Source: Malacoraja senta (lineage: Eukaryota). From it: 64,000 nucleotides of DNA. Below the pieces are notes generated by a model. The model did not search any database. It saw nothing but the letters and a program-made list of their open reading frames with translations, and was not told the DNA's origin. Positions 12,216 to 24,177 of this stretch are shown here, piece after piece. The stretch lies in assembly GCA_038087875.1 (NCBI GenBank), contig CM075988.1:310001-374000 (forward strand), written 5' to 3'. Numbering within the stretch: position 1 is the first letter of the stretch; each line of letters begins with the position of its first letter. The translations under genes were made by a program, and so were the position numbers.

Positions 12216-13419
12216 CATCCTCCTGTATCACTGTAGGGAACAGTATTCCCTACACTTCCGTGCCTAGCTAAAAGCCTCTTAAACACCACTATCGTATCTG
12301 CCTCCTCCACTATCCGGCAAAACGTTCCATGCCCACGCCGCTCTGTGTAAAACCACTTCCATTAAATTTCGCCTAAAAGTTATACCCTCTGGTGATGAAC
12401 ATTTCCATCCTCGGAAAATGGTTCTGAATAATTTGCATCAAATGGCAAATTCTGCAAATTAATGGTCGATGAATATAACTCATGCATGTGCGAACTGAAA
12501 CATTTTTGGCAAGGTACAATGATTAGCGATGCTGTTAAGATAGGGTTGGGGGGGGGGGGGGTTATTTCACGCGAGTCTTTGGAACTCCGCCCTCAAAGGG
12601 CGTTCAGAAGTTCGAAGAATATGTCAACATTTTTGAAGCAGAGGGGCGAAGGATCCAGGGTGAGTGACCGGAGATAGCGCTCAGGGTTGCTGTCAAGTTT
12701 CAGGGGTTGAGAAGCCCCTTACCATGTGGCGTGCCCTCAGCACAGGCACCTTCGACAGGCCGCTGTTCCAACACTACAACTACATTGAAAAGCCCGCGCA
12801 TTCTCATCTATATTCTACGAATGTGTCTTGTCTACCTGGATGTTTGTTACCAGTAACATCATGCTGGCCACTCCAAGAAGAAGTAGTGCGGGAAACAGTA
12901 GTATTGCTGTGGCTGAAACAGAAAACGAGTAAATTAACTGATTTGGTAGACTACCCCTTCAGGGCAAAATTCACCGTGTATCCAAACGCATCCGACATAG
13001 AATGTGCCGTTTATTTCAATCAAACACCTAGCTTAATATAGGGAAGACTATCACCTTCCAACAAAGAACCATTGTGACGATAAATATCGCTGACTGAACG
13101 ACAGGGATCGCACCTTGTTTCTACATAATGGCGGCTGTAATATCTTTAGATCCGCGCCGTGAGGCGGCAGAGCCAAGACCTTTCAACAGCAGCAGCGCCG
13201 TTAGCGGGAGCAACCACCCCTTTATTAATGCAATACTTCTCCGCACTATCTCTCTGATAATTCATTGCTACCACGGTAAAACCGCTCCGACAACTCTCCA
13301 ACACAACGCAATGTATCATATCCCAAGCAATTCATGCAGAGTGCGGCATTCCATCACGTCGGGAATTCATCTTGACGTCTACACTAACCCTACTAGGGTC
13401 CGGCCCTCATTGGCAATAG

Positions 13420-15282
13420 GGAGGTTTCACGGCAGTCGGGTCACGACCCATGACCCGACTACGCAACGCCAAGTGGAGTACACGCGATGAACTGCAGGTA
13501 AGCACTGACCATTGTTTCCAGCGTGGGTACACAAAAATGCTGGAGAAACTCAGCGGGTGCAGCAGCATCTATGGAGCGAAGGAAATAGGCAATGTTTCGG
13601 GCTGAAACCCTTCTTGCTGTTTCCAGCGTAGCGGGCCCGTGAAAACCCGCCGAAATTGTTAATTTTTGCGCTAAAGGTGGGTTGCACGTAAGGTCACTGG
13701 GTCATAGGGCTTGACGCATGGAGCCGCTTAATCCATCTGGATTACGTAACTTCCGGTATATGTTATTAATGCTAGAAACGCGTACTTTCCTACCTGTTAA
13801 AAACCGCCAAAATGTTGAATTCTTTCGCTGTAAAAAATTGTGGAAGTCGGGGTAAGTGTGAGAGACACGTACCCAACTTCAGAATTACAAAAGTGAAGCG
13901 AAATGAAGGTAAAGAGAAGCGAGAGCTAAAGGGACAACAGCAGCTAAAGTGCTTGGCGAACATTGGCCGTGCAGGTATCGGAATTGAAAATATTGGGATT
14001 TATCGCGTTTGCTCACTGCATTTCATTAACGGTAAGGCATTAATTGGGGGGTTTCTTGATTCCTTTGGTATCTAAAAAGTCTCAGAAGTGATAAATCTGG
14101 TTGTAAATTTTGCTTCAGAGGCATTTTCTTTTTGAATGTAAAAACCCACTTGAGAACCATGGGCGATTTTTAAATTTTACAGCCAGATTTATCCCTTCTG
14201 AAACTTTTTATATGCCAAAGGAATCAAGAAAAAACACAAATAATGCCATTTGATGAAATGCAGTGAGCAAACGGCCAATGTTCGCCAAGCACTTTGGCTG
14301 TTGTCCCTTCAGCTCTCGCTTCTATCTGCCGTCATTTCTCCTCACTTTTTGAATTCTGAAGTAGGCTAAATGTCTCTCACGCTTATCCCGATTTCCATAA
14401 TTATTTACAGCGCAAAAATTGACAATTTCGGCGGGTTTTAACAGGCCCGCTACGCTACCTGCAGTTCATCGCGTGTAATCCATTTGGCTTGGCGTAGCGT
14501 AGCAACAGTACGGGTCATGGGTCGTGACCCGACTGCCGTGAAACCTCCCTATAAATAATTATGGAAATCGGGATAAGCGTGAGAGACATTTAGCCTACTT
14601 CAGAATTCCAAAAGTGAGGAGAAATGACGGTAGATAAGAGCTGAAGGGACAACAACAGCCAAAGTGCTTGGCGAACATTGGCCGTTTGCTCACTGCATTT
14701 CATCAACTAAGGCATTATTTGTGTTTTTTCTTGATTCCTTTGGCATCTAAAAAGTTGCAGAAGTGGTAAATCTGGCTGTAAAATTTTAAAATCGCCCATG
14801 GTTCTCAAGTGGGGTTTTACATACAAAAATAACGCCTCTGGAACAAAATTTACAGCCAGATTTATCACTTCTGAGACTTTTTAGATACCAAAGGAATGAA
14901 GAAAAACCACAAATAATGCCTTACTGTTGATGAAATGCAGTGAGCAAACGCGATAATTCCCAATATTTTCAATTCCGATATCTGCACGGCCAATGTTCGC
15001 CAAGCACTTTAGCAGTTATTGTCCCTTCAGTTCTCGCTTCTCTTTACCTTCATTTCGCTTCACTTTTGGAATTCTGAAGTTGGGTACGTGTCTCTCACGC
15101 TTACCCCGATTTCCACAATTTTTTACAGCGCAAAAATCCAACATTTTGGCGGTTAACAGGTAGGAAAGTACGCGTTTCTTGCATTTATAACATATACCGG
15201 AAGTTACGGATGTCCTCCAGATAGATTGAGCGGCTCCGTGCGTCAAGCCCTATGACCCAGTGACCTTACGTGCAACCCTCCC
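13420..15282. mobile_element. Non-autonomous THAP-bearing DNA transposon (PIF/Harbinger-ISL2EU-like?), outer copy, with a same-family copy nested at about 13674-14550 in opposite orientation
   Basis: End X (gggaggtttcacggcagtcgggtcacgaccc) at 13420 with its reverse complement at 14511-14549. End Y (gggttgcacgtaaggtcactgggtcatag) at 13679 with its reverse complement at 15240-15282. THAP-like ORFs 13812..14075 (RVCSLHF) and 15016..15246. Confidence 0.7.
13525..13617 (-). mobile_element. Short hammerhead-core/Penelope-like insertion; 12-bp TSD
   Basis: TSD tgtttccagcgt at 13513-13524 and 13618-13629. Same sequence family as 6270-6365. Confidence 0.72.
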
Positions 15283-16107
15283 ATATCACCAACGGAGCGC
15301 TGCCCAAATGATGGTAATACACTGCCTCCGTAAGATACCTCGGACTACGCCGTTTTCCTTCCACACTTCTCTATTTGGTTAGCTCTTCCTCTGCACTGTC
15401 TCTCTAGGAGTGTCCCAGTTAATCCCAGCAATAGTTCAGCGATCCCGCAATATCGCTGTCCGACAGTGAATCTCTCCGTCTGCACTGCCCCTCTTAATTC
15501 AATGCACCCTTAGCAGGCAGCACCGCTTCAACAACTGCCCCAAACATGATCAAGCGATCTGTCTACAGTGCGGCCAGGCAGCGCGGCGCGCCCCGTGCAC
15601 TACACATCCAACAGCGGACTCTACCTCGTCACTGGAACGCTGCCATTTCGGCTCTCCTTCAGTGCTGTAATTGGGGGGCGGGGGTGGGGGTGGGGGGTCA
15701 GTCGGTGAAATCTTCAGAGGCATTAACTATAATGCCCCTCCCTCTGCATGTTTTTTTTAATGTTTTCTTGAGCTGAATAGGAAGTAGGCCAATTGCAATA
15801 TTATTCGACATGACTTGACAAATGTAAAGTAGACACAGCTGCTTGGGTGTATCTGTATATATCAGGAACAACAGTCACTCACAGATTATATCAGCTTCCT
15901 GGGTCAATGTGCACTCTTAGACGCTAAAGGTAAGGCCACTAACCTCAGGGAACCCTGGATGTGAATTGCCCTCTGAAGCTGGTCGGAGCAATACAAGGAT
16001 AAAAGGTAGTTTAGTGTGGGTTTAGAACACGAGAACACAAGGGACCCTTCAGAGGTGCGCGGGGTGCAGTTAACAAATGTAGGTGGGGATTAAGATGGAT
16101 AGCCAAA

Positions 16108-17008
16108 CCTTCACCTACGACTGCATACCTGTACATGGTACTAACACCATCATCAAGTATGCAGATGAGACAACGGTGATTGGCCTCATCAGCAACAATG
16201 ACGAGTCGGCCTATAGGGAGGAGGTCCAGCTCCTAGCAGCATGGTGCGCTGACAACAACCTGGCCCTTAACTCCAAGACCAAGGAGCTCATTGTAGACTT
16301 CAGGAAGTCTAGGGGCGGCACGCACACCCCCATCCACATTAATGGGACGGAGGTGGAACGTGTTTCCAGCTTCAGATTCCTGGGGGTCAACATCTCCGAT
16401 GACCTCTCTTGGACCCACAATACCTCAACTCTGGTCAAGAAGGCTCACCAGCGTCTCTTCTTCCTGAGGAAACTAAAGAAGGTCCATCTGTCTCCTCAGA
16501 TTCTGGTGAACGTCTACCGCTGCACCATCGAGAGCATCCTTACCAACTGTATCACAGTATGGTATGGCAACTGCTCTGTCTCCGACCGGAAAGCACTGCA
16601 GAGGGTGGTGAAAATTGCCCAACGCATCACCGGTTCCTCACTCCCCTCCATTGAGTCTGTCCAAAGCAAGCGTTGTCTGCGCAGGGTGCTCAGCATCGCC
16701 AAGGACTGCTCTCACCCCAATCACAGACTGTTTACCCTCCTACCATCCGGGAGGCGCTACAGGTCTCTCCGTTGCCAGACCAGCAGGTCCAGGAACAGCT
16801 ACTTCCCTGCGGCTGTTACACTACTCAACACTGTACCTCGGTGACTGCCAATCACCCACCCCCCCCTGGACACTCCTCCCACCAGGACTTATTAGATTTA
16901 TTTATTGCTGATATTTATGTCGCACTTCTAGGGAGATGCTAACTGCATTTCCTTGTCACTGTACTGTACACTGCACAATGACAATAAAGTTTAATCTGAA
17001 TCTGAAAC
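16108..17008 (+). mobile_element. Rex1/Babar-like LINE, 5'-truncated
   Basis: ORF 16083..16844 (IIKYADETTVIGLI, KTKELIVDFRK, LLPSGRRYRS). The 3' UTR ends aatgacaataaag..(atctga)n. Confidence 0.85.
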
Positions 17009-17330
17009 AATATTGTTGGTAAAGGTGAAAGACCGCCCCAAACACATCTTATGCACACGATACAGGGAAAGGTTAACCAGCAAATGGAAAGGCCCATTAG
17101 TTTCCTTCAGGGTAATCTGCACATGACGTGTGACACAGTTATTGTGGGGAATGGGCAGTGAAATGTCTGCAGCGTTAAAAAGATGCATTAGCTGTCTCCG
17201 TGAGTTTAAACTTGGCTAAATCCTCAGGGTGGATGTTGAGATGTATTACGTGCTTCCATAGAAGGTAGGGGAAAGATTACTGTGATCCTGAGGGATATTT
17301 TTTCCACTTTCTCTCTGTCTCTCAACTCAC

Positions 17331-17377
17331 CAGCAGTGGAGAAAGCAATCATCAAAGTGGCCGCAGTGTAAACGAAT
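17331..17377 (-). CDS. SLC43A3: SLC43A3-like (MFS equilibrative nucleobase transporter) coding exon 3
   Basis: Acceptor cttcacag| and donor |gtgagt; 47 nt. Phase-compatible with exon 2; encodes (I)FVYTAATLMIAFSTA. Confidence 0.85.
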
Positions 17378-17837
17378 CTGTGAAGATATGAATCCGTACC
17401 CGAAAATTGTAACTTCCCCTCATCCTGCATCGCACCCTTCTTACCCATTACCACCCGAAGAATCAATCTAACATCGAATGTCTTATCTAACATCGTACCC
17501 ATGTTCAACACTGATGATTGAAGGACTTGGACTCCAAACTCGGCCTACACCGGTTACCAATCTGGAGACTATTTTATTCTTATCTTCTGTGTACTGCCCC
17601 CCCTCCGCACCCCCACCCCCACATACATCTCGCATTTCCCCATCAGTTGTCTCTCTGCTTCCGTTCCATTTATCCCATTCGGTCTTGATTTCTCCACCAT
17701 CCCATCCCAGTTTGGTGGCTTCGTGTGAATCTGCGCCTCAGCACCCACTGACACTTGTCTTGCACCCACTCACTCCCACGACCAGGCACCACCTTGCCAC
17801 CTAACCACACACACCCAGCATCCCGGGGGGGACTTAC

Positions 17838-17970
17838 ATGGCCAGGAAGCGGGTCGCCATTGTCCCGCAGTAATCGAAAATATAGCCGTTGGCGATTGTC
17901 GCGACGTTCATGATGGAACTGGCGATGGTGTAGATGAGCGTGAAGCGCTCGCTCTGTAGAGTGCAGTCCA
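17838..17970 (-). CDS. SLC43A3: SLC43A3-like coding exon 2
   Basis: Acceptor ttacacag| and donor |gtaagt; 133 nt. Encodes (V)DCTLQSERFTLIYTIASSIMNVATIANGYIFDYCGTMATRFLA(I), which resembles the SLC43 family as I recall it. Confidence 0.88.
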
Positions 17971-17994
17971 CTGTGTAATAGAAAGGTTGATGGG

Positions 17995-18895
17995 GTGATT
18001 ATTCCAGAGAGGGTGGGAGAACGAGTGGCGCAGGAACAGAATGCGGGGGAGAGGGAGGGCGAGAGAATGAGAAAGGGTGTAGGTGAGATGGAGAGAGCGG
18101 GAGATGGAGAAACTGAGGAAGAGAGAAAGAATGGAACAAGGGATGGGAAACGACGTAAAGACGGAGGAAGCCTTGAAAGTGAAGAATGTGAGAAAGGGTG
18201 TACGGAGAGAGGGGTGAGTAAGAGGTATACACGGAAAAGTGAGTGGAAGGGAAACGGTGAGAGGGAGAGATGGTCAGTGAATTGAGGAAGAGGATGGCCC
18301 GGGGGATGTAGGGGCAGGAAATAAGTGGTGGATGGAAGAAATTCGAGTGAGTGATATAATAACGTAGCGGCAATTAACTGAATGAGGGGTATTTATAGGA
18401 GGAGAATGGAATTAGTAAAGGAGGGATGAAGACTTGATGGACACAGTGTGATGAAAGTGAGATGAAGCAGGTTGAGAAACGGAGAACACGAAAATGGGTG
18501 TGAGAAATAGCAGATGTGGGGAAGAAAAAAATGTGAATACCAAGTAGGGCAAACACACGGGGGAAGCAAAATGAGAGACGAGGGACACGGAGAGAATGAA
18601 AAGGGGCCAGACAGGGAAAGAGATAGATAGTGGAAAAGTATGATGCGAAAAGAGTGCCAAAGAAAGGACATGTGGAGAAAGTCTTTTCTCTTTGGGCCTC
18701 CTCATATCACCCCATCTTTCTATCACTTTCCATCAATTTGTTCGCTATCTGCCTCCTCTCTTCTCTCTGTCCATTTTCCCTTTTATGTGTCTGTCTCTTT
18801 TTATGTCTTCTTATGCACCAAACTTCCCCTCTCTCTCCCCCTCTGTTTCTCTCTGTTTGTGTCTCTCTCACTCTGTCTCTTTCGCTGCTTTCACC
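17995..18895. repeat. Low-complexity purine-rich then pyrimidine-rich intronic tract
   Basis: GA-rich from 17995 to about 18680, then CT-rich to about 18895. Confidence 0.7.
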
Positions 18896-18899
18896 TGAC

Positions 18900-19960
18900 G
18901 ATCGCCCTCCTGCCCGCGCTCTCCGTCTTCCTCTAAATAACGTCGCAGATTCACACTCACCAGTGGCATTCGGTGCCGCAGGACGGCTGAAGTTCGACGC
19001 GGTCTCACAGAGCTCAGCGAAGTACTCATCCCTCCTCAGCACATACACGAGCGAGGGCCAACCACCAACCACACCGGCGAAACCAAAGCATTCAATCAGG
19101 CCGGTGGTCACTGTCAGACACCGTTTGATTATTTCGTCCCGCCGTGCCATTTTTACGACTCGGAGGAAGAGACCTCGCACAATCCCCGAGCAGGAACGAC
19201 CTCGCAGTCTGCGTGTCCGACACTCAGCCCCGTCGCTGCGCACTGCCCCTGTAAGTGTGGCACTCCCTGTTCTCCTTCCCTGCCCGCGGGCCACTGCCAG
19301 CTAATTTGTCTAATAAGTGCTGAGCATATCAGCAATGTTGAGGTTGGCATATACTGTTTAAACACGTCGTTTCTGGGCGCCGAGAAGAGGGAGCGGCGGA
19401 GCAAGGAAGGGAAAGGCGTTGAAGGAGGAGAGAGGAGGAGGTGCAGTGAAGCAGTCCTCCATGTCCCTGGGCCGGTCCCGCCCGCCCGCAGATTCACAGG
19501 CAACACCCAGCTCTCGGGAGGCGGGCAGGCAGGCGCTCCGAACACAGCAAGATGCAACAGCAACCACGCCAATCAAGTCCGTGTTATGGTGACCTCATGC
19601 GGGGTCACGATCTGCACCAGCAACCAGCCATTTGGGAACACAGATGTTGCCTGACCCGCTGGGGGCGGTGCGGTCCTCCTGTATCTGGCGCCGCCGCACA
19701 CCTGCCACGACGGGCCCGCTGGGACTGGGAGTGCTCCTCCTGTATCCCGGTAGGCAGCGCGCGGGGTGCACCGGGGCAATGAGGCCCGGCTCGCCGTCGT
19801 TGACCAACGGTCAACAGTTGACGGAGGACCAGGCCCGATAGGCCCGGCTCACCGACCACTGGCGTCGACGGACCCGCGCCGCCAAGAACGAGATGGAGCG
19901 TGGAGAGCAATGGGGGAACCAGTGTTGTGGGGGGGGGGGGTTACTGCCCCGTGCGGCGAC
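18900..19960. promoter_or_regulatory. CpG-rich region, likely promoter/5' region of the SLC43A3-like gene
   Basis: Visibly GC- and CpG-rich compared with its flanks. It overlaps and lies upstream of the ATG exon. Confidence 0.55.
18961..19150 (-). CDS. SLC43A3: SLC43A3-like coding exon 1
   Basis: ATG at 19150 in context aaaATGG. Encodes MARRDEIIKRCLTVTTGLIECFGFAGVVGGWPSLVYVLRRDEYFAELC..., the SLC43 N-terminal TM1 motif. Donor |gtgagt follows; 190 nt, phase 1 matches exon 2. Confidence 0.88.
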
Positions 19961-19999
19961 TGGCAGTATATTGGACTATTCGCTGAAGTGACGACACCT

Positions 20000-21200
20000 G
20001 TGTGTAGCTATGTTACAAAATTTTGAGATTTAAAAAATCAAGTCTATAATTTAACCCATCAGACAAAGCATAAAAAGAAGTTTAATTTGACACCTAATTC
20101 ACTTTTATATCTTCAGTATTAAAAAAGTTATGGCCATTTTCATACTCGGAAATTAGCATCTTGTTTTGCGTTTCCATTGACTTAACACAAAAGCTGTGAT
20201 CGAGGACAATCAAACGCCCATAACTTTCTTAAAAATCAAGAGAACTGAATGACATTTTCAGTTATTATAGATCGAAGCATTCTGAAACAAATATAAAACA
20301 TCTTACTTGGATGACCTGAAATTAAAGCATATAATTAGTTAATTACCTAATTGTAGTTAATTACAAAATTGACCATTGTGACGGAAATAGTAATAAACAC
20401 CCAGACTGCCTTGAAAATTCAAAAATGTGATATTCTCAAGATCAGAACTTTAATATTACTGTAACATTAAAACAAATAGTAAATACCCAACAAAAAATTC
20501 ATATTCATCAGTGTCATCAAATCAATTTAATTACTAGATCTAAACATCTATCCCATTCTTAAGAAAAGGCTAAAAATATGTTTTTAAATAGCCAAAGTAT
20601 CCAAATAATAAACTAATCCCATTCACACAAGAATACACAATATAACATGATTTTTATATATCACTTTGTCATGAATTTCTATGCCAAATGGAAGGAATTT
20701 AATGTTTAATTCACATAAATGAATCCAGAAACATCCACTCTCAAGATAATCAAAATCATTATTTTTTGCACAATACATCTGACTAAAATTGTACTGTGGA
20801 TATTTGAAAATATATGATGTATGAAAATATTGATCATGGATAGACAATAACAGAAAATATATATGATTTAGATGTTCTTATGACATGATTGTGCAAAAAA
20901 AAGAATTTGATTATCTTGAGAGTGGATGTTTCTGGAATGTGATAGATTGGAATGTTGCCACTGCCATGATTTAAGCCATGATTTAAACAAGTCACGGCCG
21001 ATTTGTATCGGGGCCTAAATAAATGTTTTCGGATCAGCAGATTAAAATGAAGCCACACCAAAACGCAAGATAATATAATAAACTGCATACCTTTTGTTTT
21101 GTCCTGCACTTGCGATCCATGATGTTGAAGGTGTATTTAGTCATGTTTGAGTTCACTACAGTGACGCAATTGACCAGCAACTTACAAAAAAAATACGGGG
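20000..21200. repeat. Unclassified AT-rich element with an internal inverted repeat (DNA-transposon-like)
   Basis: Arms of about 50 bp at 20723-20773 and 20888-20938 (ccagaaacatccactctcaagataatcaaa and its reverse complement). Confidence 0.4.
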
Positions 21201-21229
21201 GTGGGATTGCAGAACGGATGCAGAGCAGA

Positions 21230-22985
21230 ACAGCCACCATAGTGCCGGTGCCGAAAAAGTCCAAAGTCACCAACCTGAACGACTACCGCCTGGTTGCCCT
21301 AACTCCAATCCGAATGAAGTGCTTCGAAAGGCTGGTCCTCTCCCATATCAAATCCAGCATCCCTGCCTCACTGGACTCCCATCAATTTGCATACAGGGCA
21401 AATAGATCAACAGAGGATGCCATCTCTCTGGCTCTTCACACTGTCCTGACTCACCTGGACAGACAGGGCACGTATGTGAGGATGCTCTTCATTGACTATA
21501 GCTCTGCATTCAATACGGTCATCCCCACCAAGCTCACCACCAAACTCCACCAGCTAGGCCTCAGCTCGCCGATATGCGATTGGATCCTGAACTTTCTGAC
21601 GGAGCGACCGCAGGCAGTGAGACTGGGCCCGCACCTGTCCTCCACTATCACCCTGAGCACCGGCACACCACAGGGCTGTGTACTAAGCCCCATGCTCTAC
21701 TCCCTCTTCACTCACGACTGTGTCCCTGCATTCGACACCAACACCATCGTGAAGTTTGCAGACGACACAACAGTGATTGGGCTGATCACCAACAGTGATG
21801 AAACAAAATACAGAGCAAAGGTGCAGAACCTGGCGGACTGGTGCGCTCATAACAACTTGTCATTAAACACCTCCAAGACCAAGGAGCTGATTATTAACTT
21901 CAGGAGGTCCCATAATGGAAAATACGCCCCAATCTCCATTTACGGGGAAAGTGTGGAGAGAGTGTCCAGCTTTAAGTTTCTGGGCACTCACATTTCAGAG
22001 GACCTCACATGGTCCACCAACACCGCTGCGCTGGTCAACAAGGCACAGCAACGACTGTTCTTCCTGAGGACATTAAAAAAGACTGGTCTGCCCCAACAGC
22101 TGCTGACAACGTTCTACCGCTGCACCACAGAGAGCATATTAACGTATGGCATCTCTGTGTGGTATCTCAGCTGCACGGAGGCGGAGAGGAGAGCTCTTCA
22201 GCGCATCGTCCACAGAGCGCAGAGGATCATTGGGACAGAGCTACCAGCCTTGGAGGGCATCTACCACACACGGTGCCTCAGGAAGGCCGTCAGCATCCAT
22301 AAGGACTCATCTTATAGAAACGTACAAAATTCTTATGGGGTTGGACAGGCCAGATGCAGGAAGATTGTTCCCGATGTTGGGGAAGTCCAGGACAAGGGGT
22401 CACAGCTTAAGGATAAGGGGGAAATCCTTTAAGACCGAGATGAGGAAAAACTTTTTCACACAGAGAGTGGTGAATCTCTGGAACTCTCTGCCACAGAGGG
22501 TAGTTGAGGCCAGTTCATTGGCTATATTTAAGAGGGAGTTAGATGTGGCTAAGGGGATCAGGGGGTATGGAGAGAAGGCAGGTACAGGATACTGAGTTGG
22601 ATGATCAGCCATGATCATATTGAATGGCGGTGCAGGCTCGAAGGGCCGAATGGCCTACTCCTGCACCTATTTTCTATGTATCTATGTATCACACCCTTGT
22701 AACGGACTGTTTGAACTACTTCCCTCCGGCAGACGTTACAAGGCCTTCTACGCCCGAACCTCCAGACTCAGAAACAGCTTTATTCCAAGAGCTATAGCGG
22801 CTCTGAACCGGCCCTGCTGTTTGCCCCCACACCCACCCCCCTGGACAGTCTCCCTCGGATGGTCACGTCACTCAGCTTGCTTATTTATTTATTTTACTTT
22901 TCTTGTACATCGGTGGAGCTGCATACTAAATCTCGTTGCACTGACGTGCAATGACAATAAAAGATATTATTATTATTATTATTTT
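21230..22985 (+). mobile_element. Rex1/Babar-like LINE RT, 5'-truncated, interrupted by a CR1 3' fragment
   Basis: ORF 21110..22432 ([29 protein letters not shown]). It resumes at about 22691 (HPCNGLFELLPSGRRY) and ends in an aatgacaataaa..(tat)n tail. Confidence 0.88.
22311..22690 (+). mobile_element. CR1 family 'A' 3' end fragment
   Basis: Near-identical to 3655-4036; tail tttctatgtatctatgtatc. Confidence 0.88.
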
Positions 22986-23154
22986 CTTCATCAGCGAGCA
23001 GTCCGAGCAAATTCCTCTCCGACAACCAATACAAACCTGCATTTTAATTCCCCCCCCCCCCCCCAAAGCCTCCGGAATTGCACGCACAGGCAGCTGGCAG
23101 ATCTGCAGCACCACTGATTTGTAACAAATCAGCACTGCCAATCCTACAAAATGT

Positions 23155-23305
23155 AGTTTAGTCTAGAGATACAGCATGGAAACAGGCACTTCGTTTCGCT
23201 AAGTCCGCGCCGACCAGCGTCCCACGCAAACTCACATTATCCTACGCGCACTAGGGATTATTTTACAAAAGTGTATGTCTTTGAACTGGGAAGAAACCGG
23301 AGTAG
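23155..23305 (-). mobile_element. HE1-like SINE 3' fragment
   Basis: tagtttagtctagagatacagcatggaaacaggc is the reverse complement of the SINE tail. Confidence 0.55.
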
Positions 23306-23622
23306 GTTTGAATATGTGGGACATTGCCACCAGAATTGGGAAAGCAAGAAGCTGTTCCGAAGGGATGTACTCCACTTGAACTGGCTGGGACCAGAGTCCC
23401 GGCAAACCGTTTAACCAGGGTCGTAGATAAGGTTTTAAGCGAAATCGTGGGGGGTGGATGGGAGAAAGGCTGGAGTCAACAATTTGGAAGATTATAGATG
23501 GAGTTGAAGTGAGGGAGAGTGCAGGAGAGGTTACATAAGTCTCCAGAAGTAATAGGACAGAAAAGTTATGAAGAGAAAAGAGTATAGTCAGGTAAAATTG
23601 TGACCAACGTGAGAGGAGGGGT

Positions 23623-23711
23623 ACACAAAAATGCTGGAGAAACTCAGCGGGTGCAGCAGCATCTATGGAGCGAAGGAAATAGGTAACGTTTCGGGCCGAA
23701 ACCCTTCTTCA
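23623..23711 (-). mobile_element. Short hammerhead-core/Penelope-like insertion; about 14-bp TSD
   Basis: TSD gtgagaggaggggt at 23609-23622 and 23712-23725. Confidence 0.72.
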
Positions 23712-24006
23712 GTGAGAGGAGGGGTGGTGGATACCGAACTAAAGGTGTTATATTTGAATGCAGTATAAGGAACAAAGTGGGTGAGCTTGTAGCACTGTTA
23801 GAAATTGGTACGTATGATGTTGTAGGTATTAAGGAGACGTGGCTGAAAGAAGATTGGAGCTGGGAATAGAAAATCCAAGGTTACACGTCCTATCGAAAAG
23901 GCAGACAGATGAGCAGAGGGGGTGGGGTCGCTCTGCTGGAAAGGAATGAAATATGATCCTCAACGAGAGGTGACATAGGATCAGAAGAAGTAGAGTCTTT
24001 GTGGGT

Positions 24007-24177
24007 TAAAAAAGGAACTGCAGATGCTGGAAAATCGAAGGTAGACAAAAATGCTGGAGAAACTCAGCGGGTGATAGAGCGATGGAAATAGGCAACGTTT
24101 CTGAAGAAGGGTTTCGACCCAAAACTTTGCCTATTTCCTTCGCTCCATAGATGCTGCCTCACCCGCTGAGTTTCTCC
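24007..24177. mobile_element. Short hammerhead-core/Penelope-like inverted insertion; degenerate TSD
   Basis: agagtcttt(gt/aa)gggt at 23992-24006 and 24178-24192; contains ctgaagaagggtttcgaccc. Confidence 0.65.

Noticed and set aside
15930..16000. Possible fourth SLC43A3-like exon (donor-like ag|gttagt on the minus strand)
   Set aside because: The translation shows no hydrophobic SLC43-like segment and there is no convincing acceptor.
18707..19294. 195-aa ORF as a complete gene
   Set aside because: Only 18961-19150 is SLC43-like. The rest is 5' sequence and low-complexity intron beyond a canonical donor site.
21110..22432. 440-aa ORF as a novel RT fusion gene
   Set aside because: It is a chance read-through from flank into a Rex1-like RT and then out of frame into an inserted CR1 3' fragment.
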